Below are positions 24,086 to 35,836 of a stretch of 64,000 nt of DNA, in pieces (the stretch's first letter is position 1; each line of letters begins with the position of its first letter). A program made the position numbers and the translations under genes. The notes below the pieces were generated by a model. The model worked only from the letters and a program-made list of their open reading frames with translations. It had not been told where the DNA came from and did no database searches. The stretch is from Eukaryota sp. TZLM1-RC (taxonomy: Eukaryota; Protista; Metamonada: BaSk clade), in NCBI GenBank assembly GCA_040285825.1, contig JAUPSS010000009.1, forward strand, positions 558,001 to 622,000, given 5' to 3'.

Positions 24086-27000
24086 CTAATCACTTTCAAT
24101 CTCACTTCCAGAAATCTCCTCTGATGAACTAATTTCACAATAAGATTGACTGGAAGAAGCCCTTCGAGGTCGCCTTATCGGAGGGGTAACAGACGGTGTT
24201 GGTTTTCTTGTACAGTGATGGCTTGACGACCTAAAACCAGCGTCAGATTCTATATTTGATTTAACTTTCCGGGGCCTACCGGGTTTTTTTGGTGGATGAT
24301 TGATATTTTTTGGTATTTTTCTTGTTCTTTTAGTATTGGTCTTCCCTCGTATTATTGATGTAATTTCTGGTACAAATGATGGCTTGATTTTAGAGCTAAA
24401 TTCGGTATTCTCAACTCGAAATAATGCGGGAAGACTAGTGGAAATTTTCGAGCAGAGATCAAATTCAGGATAAAGTATTTTTAGCACAAATTCGAAAACT
24501 TCCGACGTTAAAGACAAGGAATTCGATGGTGAATCTCTAAGTAAATCTGTGGAAACCTTTAGTTTTTCTAGAATAAATTTAATTGCTCCTAAAAAATGAG
24601 AAAATTTGCTGCAATTTTTAAATTCCAATAAATTTTCGTAAAAACAACTAGCAATTCGAGCAGACGTCAGCACTTGATCTTTTTCAGAAAAATTCAGCAT
24701 GTCAAGAAAAGAACAATAAATAACCAAATTCGTGAAAATAAAAGAAACAATATCTTGAAATTTTTCAGTATTGGATACTTGAATTAAATTTGAAAAAATC
24801 TTTCGAACATTTGATTTGAAACAATCAAAATCATTGAAAAAACAGAGGCTCAAGATGACTGGTAAAAGGGTCAAAAACCGACTGCTGACGTTTACAATCA
24901 CGTGATCAAGGAAATATTTGCGTGCGAATTCCGCACTATCGAGTGCGCAGTAGATCAAAATATAAAGCTTTTCACGTGGTAAGGCTTCAAACAGTTTTAA
25001 ATTTTTGGAGAAGAGATCAACAAGAGCTCGCCCAGTTGTCATTCTGAGAGCGACACACTGAAAAGTATTAGAATTTCCCCCATCCAAATCACCTTTTCGA
25101 ACAATAATTCGTCTAAATAAATTCCAAATAGAATTGATATCAGATGGTTCGGAGTTTGAATCATTTAAAACCAAAAAATTGACAAAAATATCAACAGAAT
25201 TTTGAAATAAAGTGATTAATTGGTCATTTTCCAAATCATTAATGTTCTTTCCTTGGCTAATAATGGTCAACGTGTTTCCCAAAATTTGGTCCTTGTATTT
25301 GAGCATGAACTCAGGTAATTTTGACGAGAGAACATTAGAAAATGAGGCAAATTGGCTGAGAAAAAGAGAATCAGAATTGAAACTGGAATTAAAATGGTGA
25401 ATACCAGCCTCTAAAATTTTCACCATATTTAGTTTACACATGAAAGCTGTACAAGAAGAGATCAACGAGGGATCAGAGTCTTTGTTAGTCAAAGGTTTGG
25501 AAATTTGAGATAGTTGTTTCTTTTTCAAGTCATTTTGACCATCAATCACAATCCAGTCACGTGATAGTATGGCCAACTTAGTGGTAAGACAGTCAAAAAC
25601 AACATTTGATAGATTTACTGATTGAGAACTTCCTTTAAAATTGCGATCACGTGACAAGAGCTCAAAAAACCAATCAAAAGTGTCAAAATCAACTGAATTC
25701 TGAAGAAAATTGAAAATTAATTGATGATATTGATAAGGTGAAGTTCTTAAATATATTGAAGTTAATTTAGAACTAAAAAAAGGAAAATTCTTGTTATTAT
25801 TACAGAACTTCTTGACTTCACTAGTGAACTTTTTTAAATCCAAATCTCCCTTAATTAAAGCAGTAAATGAATTAATAAAAGAATCATTTTCTTTGAATTT
25901 AGAAATAAAATCCACAAAAGGTTCGAAATGACGATCTTTTTGAAAAAGCATCACATTGAGCAAAAAATCTTCAAACTTGGTGATAAACAAATCAGAATTG
26001 GTAATTGAAAGGATATTTAAAACCTTCTTCCTGTGTAGAGCTTGAGTTTCAATATAATTAGAGAAAACAAGTCTTAATTCAGGTGTAAGATTAGAAAAAT
26101 GTGACAAAACATTCGACAATTCCAATTTGAAAACTGCATTTAACAAATAATCAAGAATTGGCAAATATTGGTGAGAAGCACAATTAGAGAAAAGTTCAAC
26201 AATCAGACTTTCCTTGATAAAACTGGAAACTGCAAGACCATCACGTGATAAAAGGTCAGAAATGGACTCAATTGTGACCCTCGAAACTGACGTATCCTTG
26301 TCCCTTATTCGAGTTAACAAAACCTTCCAAAGTTCTTGAACTTCATTATTACCAGTAAAATGACAAATAATGGTAGACTTGGTTAACAACTTGTGACCAA
26401 CGCCAACTACATCAATTCTGATTCTATAACTTGAATCAGATGACGTGTTTGATATGAAATGAACAATATATTTCAAAAGAGAAAGAGAGTCATCTTGAAT
26501 AAAAAATGATTGGTTCTCATTTAGCCAATCAATAAAGAGGTCAATAATTACAATGATTGACTGTTTTTGACTGTTGCTGACCTCATCAAAAACAGAAAGA
26601 CAACCATTAATCAATTTGATTAGTGATTCGTGAATATCAAATTGTGCATAAACCACCAATACTTCCTTGACAATTACTTCCAATATACCAATCAAAAATT
26701 CTGATTTATGACCGGACGATGTCATCAAAAGGTCAAATATTAAGGAAACTACAGGATCTAATGATTGGGGACACAAAGAAGACGTTTTTTCTATCACAAA
26801 CATCAGATCATCATTGTCATCATCAAGATTGGCAACTGATTGGCTCAAAAGGTCAGAAATAGCTTGCCCAAACGAGACCACTAAACCTGCATTATGAGCT
26901 ACCACTTCAAACCCAAAATCAACTTTATTTTGACAAACACATCTTAAAAACAACTCTCCTAATGAAGGTGGTAGAGAAGAAAGTTCGGAAAGTACGTCAA

Positions 27001-27487
27001 AAGAGACACTGGTCAGATGACGTTTCACAGAAGGACATGTGGTGGGAAGAAGGAGAATTGATTGGAAAAGAGTGATGACGTCATCATGAGTGCAGAACGT
27101 GGCAAATAAGACAAAGATTTCAATAACTACCAAAGAATGGAGGAGGGATTTGGTGATGGTATAGAAGGGATGAGTTGGATCAGCTAGGTATCTGAACTGT
27201 TCAATGAAGTGGTTGATTATTAGAGAGAGTTGTTTAGAGTTGAATGGAGGGGCGGGAGCTGAGATACGGAGGATTTCAGAGAGAATAAGGGCTGTATAGA
27301 GGCGGACAGAGTCGTCATGTGAGTTGAGAAGAGATTTGGAGCAAAGGATAGGACAAAGAGGAGTTAAGGAAGAGAGTGTATCAGGGTCATCTTGTTGGAC
27401 CTCAGCAACGAAAGAATGAAGTTCCTGTAGTAGACTTGAGTCATTCTTGACTGACCGTTCAAGCTGACTGGGAGAAGGTAGTTTCAT
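24086..27487 (-). CDS. PDS5: Sister chromatid cohesion protein PDS5-like
   Basis: LLNSHDDSVRLYTA..SEILRISAPAPPF, RIRDKDTSV HEAT repeats and a C-terminal AT-hook (KPGRPRK). Confidence 0.85.
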   Translation of the reverse strand: MKLPSPSQLERSVKNDSSLLQELHSFVAEVQQDDPDTLSSLTPLCPILCSKSLLNSHDDSVRLYTALILSEILRISAPAPPFNSKQLSLIINHFIEQFRYLADPTHPFYTITKSLLHSLVVIEIFVLFATFCTHDDVITLFQSILLLPTTCPSVKRHLTSVSFDVLSELSSLPPSLGELFLRCVCQNKVDFGFEVVAHNAGLVVSFGQAISDLLSQSVANLDDDNDDLMFVIEKTSSLCPQSLDPVVSLIFDLLMTSSGHKSEFLIGILEVIVKEVLVVYAQFDIHESLIKLINGCLSVFDEVSNSQKQSIIVIIDLFIDWLNENQSFFIQDDSLSLLKYIVHFISNTSSDSSYRIRIDVVGVGHKLLTKSTIICHFTGNNEVQELWKVLLTRIRDKDTSVSRVTIESISDLLSRDGLAVSSFIKESLIVELFSNCASHQYLPILDYLLNAVFKLELSNVLSHFSNLTPELRLVFSNYIETQALHRKKVLNILSITNSDLFITKFEDFLLNVMLFQKDRHFEPFVDFISKFKENDSFINSFTALIKGDLDLKKFTSEVKKFCNNNKNFPFFSSKLTSIYLRTSPYQYHQLIFNFLQNSVDFDTFDWFFELLSRDRNFKGSSQSVNLSNVVFDCLTTKLAILSRDWIVIDGQNDLKKKQLSQISKPLTNKDSDPSLISSCTAFMCKLNMVKILEAGIHHFNSSFNSDSLFLSQFASFSNVLSSKLPEFMLKYKDQILGNTLTIISQGKNINDLENDQLITLFQNSVDIFVNFLVLNDSNSEPSDINSIWNLFRRIIVRKGDLDGGNSNTFQCVALRMTTGRALVDLFSKNLKLFEALPREKLYILIYCALDSAEFARKYFLDHVIVNVSSRFLTLLPVILSLCFFNDFDCFKSNVRKIFSNLIQVSNTEKFQDIVSFIFTNLVIYCSFLDMLNFSEKDQVLTSARIASCFYENLLEFKNCSKFSHFLGAIKFILEKLKVSTDLLRDSPSNSLSLTSEVFEFVLKILYPEFDLCSKISTSLPALFRVENTEFSSKIKPSFVPEITSIIRGKTNTKRTRKIPKNINHPPKKPGRPRKVKSNIESDAGFRSSSHHCTRKPTPSVTPPIRRPRRASSSQSYCEISSSEEISGSEIESD

Positions 27488-27974
27488 TGTTGAAAATGTT
27501 ATTGATAGCAATGAGGAGGTACTCTTAACTCCAATGACCTTATTGGTGAATGGAGATTTTTCTACAATATAGTAAAAGATTGAGCAAAGTTAAAAATTCT
27601 TTTTGAACGACAATTCGTGGTAAAATTAAGTTGAAGTTAAATAATAGCCAAGTTGAAATTTTTAAATAACCAGTGAATTATTGGTCGAACAAAGGACCAA
27701 AATCCCCTGTCATTCGATGAATGGGGTTTTTAGTAGCTAGAAGTATAAGTAAAGGTTTTTGGTTGAGCATTAGATTGGAATTGTTCCAGGAATAAACTTG
27801 TATTATTGAAAATAGCAATGTTCTGATTCAACGCAGACAATTATTGTGCATACTTTGGATTTTGGATTTTTGGACTTTGGATTTGAGGCTCAAATGGCGC
27901 GGTTGAAACAAGAATGTTGTTGATATTTTTTTAATATTATTGAATATTTGTGTTGGGTTGGTGTTTAAAAAAGC

Positions 27975-28150
27975 AGCTTTTCAATACGGAATTAATACCA
28001 CTGATGGAGTCTCTTCAGCGATATTTGCTGCTGATGCATTATTTCGTCAAAATGAATCCAATGTTTGTATGTCATTGGATTTTAGTAATGCATTCATATA
28101 TGCAGCTCGGCTGTTTTAAATAAAGATCTTCACTCATTGTTAATCTTCAC
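27975..28150 (+). mobile_element. Internally deleted remnant of the older non-LTR family
   Basis: 27980-28097 matches RT DNA at 52853-52969 and is fused to a segment matching the reverse complement of 51210-51252. Confidence 0.7.
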
Positions 28151-28290
28151 TCAGCTCTTAATAAAAAATTCAAAAAAGTGTTGCAAGCTCAGTGTTTGAT
28201 GTTGATTGCTATTGGGAAGACATTGTCTTTCTCTCTTTGGTAAGATCTATTCTTATCTTAACCTATCACATCTCCCCTTGTCTTGCAACA

Positions 28291-31047
28291 ATGGACTTCT
28301 TTGTTGGAGATCAGAGTGACTTTAAAGGTTCAATTCTTTGTTTATGCGAGTTTTGTGAACAGAAAGGACCTTCTGTCATTGAATGCTTCCCATCAGTCCC
28401 AGCATCACTTTCCTCACTACTAGATAGCTTTGCACTACGTGTACTCTCTGTTGATGTTTCAAATCGTAAAGAACTAAAATCTGCTGATGATGTTCTTGTC
28501 TCTGATTCTCATAGCGTTATTGACGTCCCTGATCTCAACGCCTACGCTTTTGTTTACAACTTTTGTCTGACTGATATCTCAGCAAGAGGGAGCACTCGTC
28601 CCCTCATCATCGCACTCATCACCAAGTCTTCCACCCTACTCATGCTCCACCACAGAGAGGTTCTTTCCCATCTCTCATCACTAGCAAACTCACTTCGTCT
28701 TTCCAGTAGCCTTACTCTTTTGTCAGACGTTCTATCGTCTAATCTATCCTTATTTTACAACATTTCTCTTCTACTCCAGTCCTCTACCAATTCCTCTGTG
28801 TCAAATGAGCCCGCGCCTACCTCTCCAAATGTGATGTCGGTTATAAAATCTGATGAATTTGTTTCTCTGAAAAGAACTATTAATTCTTTAACTAAAATGG
28901 CTAAATTAAGCTTGGATATTTATATTTTACTTTTAAATGATTTAAATGTTTTGTTTGATAAGTTCCCTTGCACTTTTCCCGACTCCCATGACGTGATGAT
29001 TGCAATGGAATTGATTGAGCGGCTTTGTGCACTTTCCGAGTCTCGAATACCAGTTGTTTCTGATTTAGAAGTCAATTCCTTTTTAGACTATTTTAAAGTT
29101 TCCGACCTCTCTATTTCAATCAACCAAGATTTAATTAAACCTTTCACAACTGAACAAATTATTAATAAACCCATTCAGATTGAATTCCGAAGAATTCCAG
29201 AGGTCACGCATCATGTGTATCCGTTCATATTTAATAAAAACAATTCTTCTTATTTACTAGGTCCATTTGATTCTCCACGTCTAGGAGAGCTGCTGCTACC
29301 CTTTGATCTCTCTCCATCCAAATGCCTGGATCAATCTCAACACTCGCCCAACCCTAACCCTAACCCTGGTCTTAATTATTTTTTGATTGGTAACGTGTTT
29401 CAAACCCCTTCACCGGTATCTTTCAATCATAACGTTTCTCGTTCCTTCAAGTTCTTTCCTCCACCTCCTCCTCCACGAATGGACAGCGAGGCCATCTCTC
29501 CGAGTACGCTTGACCTAGAAGATACCAACAGTAATTTACCAAGCGAATACGAATCTCCTTCAGAAGTTTATCATTCGTGTGGTAGTAATGATTCTCCTAA
29601 TGAGATTGGATTCAGCAACACAAAACGCCATTCATTTGCTTATTCCGATTCTTTTAGACCTTCCAGGGCCCCTTCAAGTTGTTCCAATGGCAGCATGGAT
29701 GCCTCACTGTTCCATTCTGCTTCTTTTTACCAAACACCACCTGATCCTAGCTCAAAAGCAGTGAATTTTGACCTAGTTGATCTTGAAAAAACACCCAAAA
29801 GTGGACCTGAAATTCCTAAACTTTTAAAGTTTTGTCCTGCTGATTTTCAGCGGCCAAGGTTACAACTATTGTGTTCAAATTGGCAAATTCTGCAGAAACT
29901 ACCGATAGATAAAACGTTTTCGCTACCCCAAGTAGCATTCAAATGTTCTGATATAGTCCATCCCTTACCATCGTTGGGAGATGCGGGAAAGAATTCAAGG
30001 CTCTATTTCAGCAAATTCAGCTTTTACAGCCATTTAGCTTATACTATTTTGATTGGCAGACCGCTTGTCTTGTTATCATCGAGGACATTTCTGGAGGCAG
30101 CGTTTCGCTTAGCAAACTCTCTATTAATTTTCTCCCAAGTCCCACCAAGTCACAGCATAAACTTTATCCCTTCTGTTTCTGAAGCAAGAAGATATCTTTC
30201 AAAACGGGAATTCAGTTGCATTACCATCGTACCACCTTCCGCTGTGGTTTTGCCCAAAGATAACAGAGTTTCAACCCGAGATCGCTCTTTTTCATTGACA
30301 GAACCATTAGATCATGACCGGGCAGTATTTATATCTGACTCTGCCTCAACTTTGTATGTTGACAAGCTGATGCTGGCTTCATCAGTAAAGGGAAAGGCTA
30401 CCAAGAATGGTAGTAAGCAATGGATAGCGGAACTTCCTGTCTATAGAGGTGTGGAGTATTTGAAAAAGGTTGGGAAATTTGACGAAAAACGACAAAATCA
30501 TTATTGTTTGGTTGATCTTTTTTCTTCCCTTTCGAGAGTCTACACCTCAGATCCCTCTTTCATCACAGCAGTACATGCTCACTTATCCATCTTCGCGACA
30601 AAAGCTTCTATTTTCTTAAACTTGTTTCGTTCGGCCTTGCTGGTTCCACCAGTACTGTCAACAAAGAAGCTAACATTTGGGGGTGACGAGAAGGGGTCAG
30701 AAAAGGGATCAATGTTGTCAAGCATATTTAGAAGAAGAAGCTCTGTTTCATATAACCACAAAACTGTCCCTAATCAGGTCAAAAAGGACAAGAATTTGAC
30801 AGAAAGTCGTCGCAATTCTCTTCCAGTAGAGACTGTATCATCTTCCTCTGATGACATGACACTTTTGCATTATTCACAAATTGTGGACGAGATCATTGAA
30901 ATGTTAAATGTCTCTAGGCATGGTAGTGATCGCAATATTCTGCTTCATTTTGCTTTGTCTTTATCAGCCCACGATTCTTGTCTTAAACTACACAAGTTTC
31001 TCCATTCAGAATGTGTTTCTTCAGTCTATGTCCCAAAGGGGAGCTGA
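28291..31047 (+). CDS. SMCR8: SMCR8/folliculin-family longin-DENN protein
   Basis: LCEFCEQKGP, FALRVLSVD, DISARGSTRP, YTILIGRPLVL; first ATG at 28291. Confidence 0.75.
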   Translation: MDFFVGDQSDFKGSILCLCEFCEQKGPSVIECFPSVPASLSSLLDSFALRVLSVDVSNRKELKSADDVLVSDSHSVIDVPDLNAYAFVYNFCLTDISARGSTRPLIIALITKSSTLLMLHHREVLSHLSSLANSLRLSSSLTLLSDVLSSNLSLFYNISLLLQSSTNSSVSNEPAPTSPNVMSVIKSDEFVSLKRTINSLTKMAKLSLDIYILLLNDLNVLFDKFPCTFPDSHDVMIAMELIERLCALSESRIPVVSDLEVNSFLDYFKVSDLSISINQDLIKPFTTEQIINKPIQIEFRRIPEVTHHVYPFIFNKNNSSYLLGPFDSPRLGELLLPFDLSPSKCLDQSQHSPNPNPNPGLNYFLIGNVFQTPSPVSFNHNVSRSFKFFPPPPPPRMDSEAISPSTLDLEDTNSNLPSEYESPSEVYHSCGSNDSPNEIGFSNTKRHSFAYSDSFRPSRAPSSCSNGSMDASLFHSASFYQTPPDPSSKAVNFDLVDLEKTPKSGPEIPKLLKFCPADFQRPRLQLLCSNWQILQKLPIDKTFSLPQVAFKCSDIVHPLPSLGDAGKNSRLYFSKFSFYSHLAYTILIGRPLVLLSSRTFLEAAFRLANSLLIFSQVPPSHSINFIPSVSEARRYLSKREFSCITIVPPSAVVLPKDNRVSTRDRSFSLTEPLDHDRAVFISDSASTLYVDKLMLASSVKGKATKNGSKQWIAELPVYRGVEYLKKVGKFDEKRQNHYCLVDLFSSLSRVYTSDPSFITAVHAHLSIFATKASIFLNLFRSALLVPPVLSTKKLTFGGDEKGSEKGSMLSSIFRRRSSVSYNHKTVPNQVKKDKNLTESRRNSLPVETVSSSSDDMTLLHYSQIVDEIIEMLNVSRHGSDRNILLHFALSLSAHDSCLKLHKFLHSECVSSVYVPKGS

Positions 31048-31368
31048 AAGGATTTGAATTTAGCTTTATATTCTAAAACTCATTGTTATATGTATTTATT
31101 TATTTTATGGTTTTAAACCTAGTTTTGTTTTTGTACATTTTGTTATTTATAAATTGTTTATACAATTACCATTACTTCCTCTTGTCCGTTTTTGCTTTTC
31201 TCGTTTAGCTTGTGATGTTTTCAATCTTGTTTTAACAACACAGAGTAGTTAATTTTGCAGCATTTTGTGCTGAGATCATTCACTACAATGAAATTCAATT
31301 TTTGATAATGAAAAATTTAGTGGATTACACATCCTTGTGAACAGAAACACGCTATTTATCACCAGCTA

Positions 31369-32655
31369 CTAATACCTTGGTCGATACAGATGGCTTCTCC
31401 CGTCGAAAACATGTAAATAAGAAGCTGGTATCTTAGATAGACAAACCCAGCCTTTCTTTAAGCGTCTTTCAAGTCTATATAGCTGACTGGGATTTTTTTC
31501 TAAATTATAGTAAAACACAAATTCTTGGTTTATTACATGGGAAATGACTGTTGAGAGGTCTGTGTTCCAAGAAGCATCAGGTTCATTAAATGACAAATAT
31601 TTAGTTCGGCACAGTTGGAGATTGGAAACATCTGCTTCTACAAAAGGAGGAGACGCCCCTTCACTTTTTCGAGAAGCTCCAGGGGCAGTAAAATCGACCT
31701 CCATGTCATAGTTTCCAACCTTGAATTTGAGCCGTTGACACAGAGCGTTGACTCTCTTCAAACTGACATTCTTGTACTTGAACTTGGATTTTCGAATACT
31801 CTTTAGAAACTGAGCAATCGTCGCTTTAACATCAGTCGTTGGAGATGTACAATCAATATCATTGGCAGTTTGGTTCCCGATTACCCAGTCTCGGACATAG
31901 CCACCATATATTTTGCAATCACATTCCCACAGCAAGATATGGCATAAATACTCTTGAAGACTTTCCCTACAAAGACTTTCCAGTAGTGGTCTTTCGCCGG
32001 ACAACAATTTTCTTAATCTAGGATTTTGTTTTGTCAGTGCACATTCATGTAAGTTGATTTGAACTTCATATTCCTTCATTTTTCTCTTTGACAGACCCTG
32101 TAAACGTGAAGACAGCTCATTGGTTTGACAATGATTTATCGAATCTATAGGTTGTAATGCTCTTGAACGCTTCAATAATAGGCTTGGTGCCTTGTTTCGA
32201 ATAGTATATAACTTTCGTTTTGTAGGTTCAATATTGTAATGTGCACCGAAAGAGCTACGTTTGGAGAAAGTTGGCATATGATTAGCATTGACAATATTAG
32301 TAGTGACACCATCTGCTGCTACAGTTGAGTAATACAATTCATTAATGTAGGGCTGCTTATTGACGAAGAAGTAAAGATAAACCTTTCCTTCTGGAAGATG
32401 AGTTTTGGATACAAACAATTTGAACTGGTCACTCCATTCAAATTTGGATGTGTTCTTAAAATCTATCGGATGTTTGGCATTATTTTGAGACACATGGACG
32501 AGGATTTGAATGTCATGTGGGAAGATATCGTCAACAAATAAATAGTATTGTGGATTGTAGTGATGAAAGTGAGAGCTATTGCCCCTTTTTGTAGGGAGGT
32601 CTACAAAAGTCGATGATGAGGCTTCGGTAGAGACGTATCTGGTGAAGGAATTCAT
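31369..32655 (-). CDS. Nucleotidyltransferase with class II (PAP/CCA head-like) motif, 428 aa
   Basis: IYGGYVRDW..NDIDC and MEVDF; lacks the canonical RRDFT motif. Confidence 0.7.
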   Translation of the reverse strand: MNSFTRYVSTEASSSTFVDLPTKRGNSSHFHHYNPQYYLFVDDIFPHDIQILVHVSQNNAKHPIDFKNTSKFEWSDQFKLFVSKTHLPEGKVYLYFFVNKQPYINELYYSTVAADGVTTNIVNANHMPTFSKRSSFGAHYNIEPTKRKLYTIRNKAPSLLLKRSRALQPIDSINHCQTNELSSRLQGLSKRKMKEYEVQINLHECALTKQNPRLRKLLSGERPLLESLCRESLQEYLCHILLWECDCKIYGGYVRDWVIGNQTANDIDCTSPTTDVKATIAQFLKSIRKSKFKYKNVSLKRVNALCQRLKFKVGNYDMEVDFTAPGASRKSEGASPPFVEADVSNLQLCRTKYLSFNEPDASWNTDLSTVISHVINQEFVFYYNLEKNPSQLYRLERRLKKGWVCLSKIPASYLHVFDGRSHLYRPRY

Positions 32656-33638
32656 TACGAAGGCAAATGATCTGGAATATCTTGAAAACCGATCAAATTT
32701 TCAAATTTTCAAATTTTCTGGAATCTTGTACTGGAAGCTCCACCTTCTAAACTCAACAAGACTGCTCTTTCCAGTCATAGGGTACCTCCAGCGTGTTTTT
32801 TCTTAATACTTTTTAATTGATCAACATCAGTACCCTCACTATTTTTCCGCCCTTCACTATTGGACAAGAGCACTCGGAATGTTGGATTGCTTGAGAACAG
32901 TGCCAAAGGATTTACACCTCCGGTCCTGGTAAAAGCAATATGAAATCATTTGTCTTTCCACGTAAGAAATCTTTTTTTCACAATTACACCGTCTTTTACC
33001 ATTAGGTGTAGCAAGCTTGCTGGTGAGTTAGTCCAATTCAAGAACTCATGATATCCACATGGGTTTCCCTTCCCAAAAAGGACCTTGAGTGAATTGTAGT
33101 ATTATGAATTGAAAAAATTATACACATTATCTTTTCTTTTTCAAGCATTATGGCTACAAAAAATGGTTTTAGACTCAAACAACAGAAGCTCTTGGATATT
33201 ATTGGTCAAGAAATCTGATATCACTTCACAGGAGGAAAAGGGTGATTTTGAACTTCAAAGTCAGCCAACCCAAAACTTGCTTGGTCATTGTGATAATTGT
33301 CGTATTTTTCCCCAGTTTTCATGTTAGAAAGGCTATTACCAATCCACAGTGCAATAAAAACCAAAAGGTGCCCTACTTTCACATTCACTAATCACAAAAA
33401 AATAAAGTTGCTTAATGTTCCAAAACAAAGAGGTCTTTGACTTCTGTATAGCCTTCCTTTGTAGATGAAATTGTGAAGCAATAACCAATTACATATGGCG
33501 ACATAGGTATTGCTCAATGTTGTATCAGTTCATAAATATCAAGAGAGTGATTTGCGAAGTGTGGCCAGACGCCTATTTATTGAGAATTAATTTGATACAA
33601 CTGACAAAAATCAAGAAAATCCAAAAATCTATCCTGCG

Positions 33639-34511
33639 ATGAGTTCTCCATCGCCCAGCCACCCTCCATCACATCCCTCTTGTATCACACCCCAACAACC
33701 AGTCGCAAATCTCTCCAAAAAACAATTGAAGCGGATACACAAGGAACAGCTTCGACAACAACGTAAACAAGCCCAAAAAGAGGCCAAAAAAGCACTAAAA
33801 GTTCAAGCAAAAGAGGAGAAACTCAAAAAGCTCGATTCCATGACGGAGGAAGAACGCAAAATTGCTTTTGAAACTGCTAAACAAAATAGAATAGATAACC
33901 AGATCAATAAAGAGCGAAAAAAACAGCGTCTCTTACAATGCTTGAACGACAATAGTTCACTTGATATTGTGTTGGATTGTAACTATCATCAAGTGATGTC
34001 TGAAAAAGAAGTCAAGTTGACTCTAAATCAAATAGCTTACATATATGGAGAAAACGGACAGTCTTCACACCCTTGTAGATTAACTTTATGTTCCTTTTCC
34101 CCACGCCTTCGTGAAGCTATATCCTTACTTCATCCTCATTTCAGTAAATGGATTATTAATGTCAACGACCAACAATTCTATTCTAGCACTGTCACTGGAA
34201 TCAAATCCCCAATTTATCTCTCTGCGGATGCGGAAGATGTCTTGGAGGATGTTACGAAGGACAATTGTTATATAGTTGGTGCAATTGTTGATAGAAATCG
34301 TTTAAAAGGGCAAGCTTTTGAGGCAGCCTCTCATTGTGGAGTTCTTTCTAGAAGACTTCCTATTCAAGAACACGTACAGCTTTCGTCCTCAGCAGTATTA
34401 ACTTCATTTCATGTAGTGTGTCTGCTGAGAGAACGATTCAACGGGGCTTCATGGAGACAAGCTTTAGAAAAAGTATTGCCTCCTAGAAAGGTCGAACAAT
34501 GGTTAGATTGA
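33639..34511 (+). CDS. TRM10: tRNA m1G9 methyltransferase Trm10
   Basis: SKKQLKR N-terminus, IVLDC..MSEKE, YLSADAE, YIVGAIVDRN, RLPI, VLPPRK. Confidence 0.95.
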   Translation: MSSPSPSHPPSHPSCITPQQPVANLSKKQLKRIHKEQLRQQRKQAQKEAKKALKVQAKEEKLKKLDSMTEEERKIAFETAKQNRIDNQINKERKKQRLLQCLNDNSSLDIVLDCNYHQVMSEKEVKLTLNQIAYIYGENGQSSHPCRLTLCSFSPRLREAISLLHPHFSKWIINVNDQQFYSSTVTGIKSPIYLSADAEDVLEDVTKDNCYIVGAIVDRNRLKGQAFEAASHCGVLSRRLPIQEHVQLSSSAVLTSFHVVCLLRERFNGASWRQALEKVLPPRKVEQWLD

Positions 34512-34633
34512 TCTTTTCTCTTTTCTTTGCTATTGAGATGTTTTCAAAACAGTTTCTTCCACTTTTGTTGAACACCATCAAAAACACTAAAAGAAGATAA
34601 AAAAGAAATTTAGTCTCCATTTCTACTTTCAAT

Positions 34634-35419
34634 TCAACCAACTACATCTACAATCACTACATACATCAAAAAGTATGCAATCACTTGTAGGATATGCGAT
34701 AACTCTTGATAACCTATGTGAGGTAAAAAGAGGTTTGGTTTACGAAGTCCAAAGACAATCCCTCCAATACTGTATAGTAATCCGCTTGCAGCAACAATTA
34801 AAAATTGATACTTGTTGAGATTTAAGAATGGGAAAAAAATCACCAACAAGTGTCCATAAATGATGTAAATCAAAGCTAGAACAAGTTTTTTGGGCTGCCT
34901 TGCAGTACACCGAAAGACAACGCCAATGACAGCAATAATAAAGACTAGGATGCTGCCTGTCTTTAGGTAAGAACTTTCAGTATTACTTGCAAATGATAAT
35001 GGTTGAAAAGTAAAGCAAATCTGTGATCAGCTTCTTTCAAACCATACCAAAAGAAATATGTTAGAGTGATCTACTCGTTTCAGTAATTGATAAGCTCGAG
35101 GAGTCCAATATCTTAAATGTAGCAGAGAACTGCTTGTGAACAATAAGATGGATGCCAAAACAAAACCATGTAATGAACGTTTTAGGCTAGTGGTGAAATG
35201 AGTTGTATTCTTGAGCAACTGTATGTTATAGTAGACCACTGCTATGAGAGCAACAGGGTGAATTCTCCCACGTAATGTTGGAACTCCTTCAATGGGTGGT
35301 AAGTAATGTTTGATTTGTGATATAGGGGTCGACAATGCTAAAACAACTTTAGATATTCCGTTATCCGGTGTTGGATTTACATTGGCGACAGCTTTAGCAG
35401 ACTGATGTGCAACTTCCAT
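34634..35419 (-). CDS. Hemolysin III/PAQR membrane protein, two exons (35419-35048, 35020-34634), 252 aa
   Basis: LRGRIH, SSLLH, KRVDHSNIFLL|ICFTFQP, LLYSIGG, GYQELSH; removing a 27-nt GT-AG intron joins the two ORFs in frame. Confidence 0.88.
35021..35047 (-). other. 27-nt spliceosomal intron GTATGGTTTGAAAGAAGCTGATCACAG
   Basis: GTATG donor; CTGAT branch-like motif abutting the CAG acceptor; contains an in-frame TGA. Confidence 0.85.
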
Positions 35420-35836
35420 ATCTATCTAATATCAAAACTAGAATATCTAAAACTGCTGGTGTTTGAAGATATCCGAAATGACCAACTATTGTACAAAAAT
35501 GAAACATGTGATAACTTCCATAATTAGATGTGTAGTTTCATAGATGTAAACTGATGGAACCTTTAAATAAGTACATATAGAAGCCGAGACACTACGAGGT
35601 ACATAATGATAAATATTCATTGAACTAAAGATGTTGTTAATGGAAAGACACAATAAGTAGCTAACCCAAGATCAGAAAACCAAGTACTAATAAGACAGTA
35701 TACAGAAGACCTTAGACATGAGATACTGTCTTGTATGAGTATAAATGCCTTTGGAATGGCACTGTGAGCACCGATGATCCAAGGACATTTCTCAAGGAAA
35801 TGTTAATTCATTTCATTTCAAAACTGCAATTACCAA

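Noticed and set aside
27855-27886. (TTTGGA)n-like short repeat
   Set aside because: Ordinary degenerate microsatellite.
29350-29367. Telomere-like (CCCTAA)n
   Set aside because: Only about three units, in frame within the SMCR8-like CDS (PNPNP).
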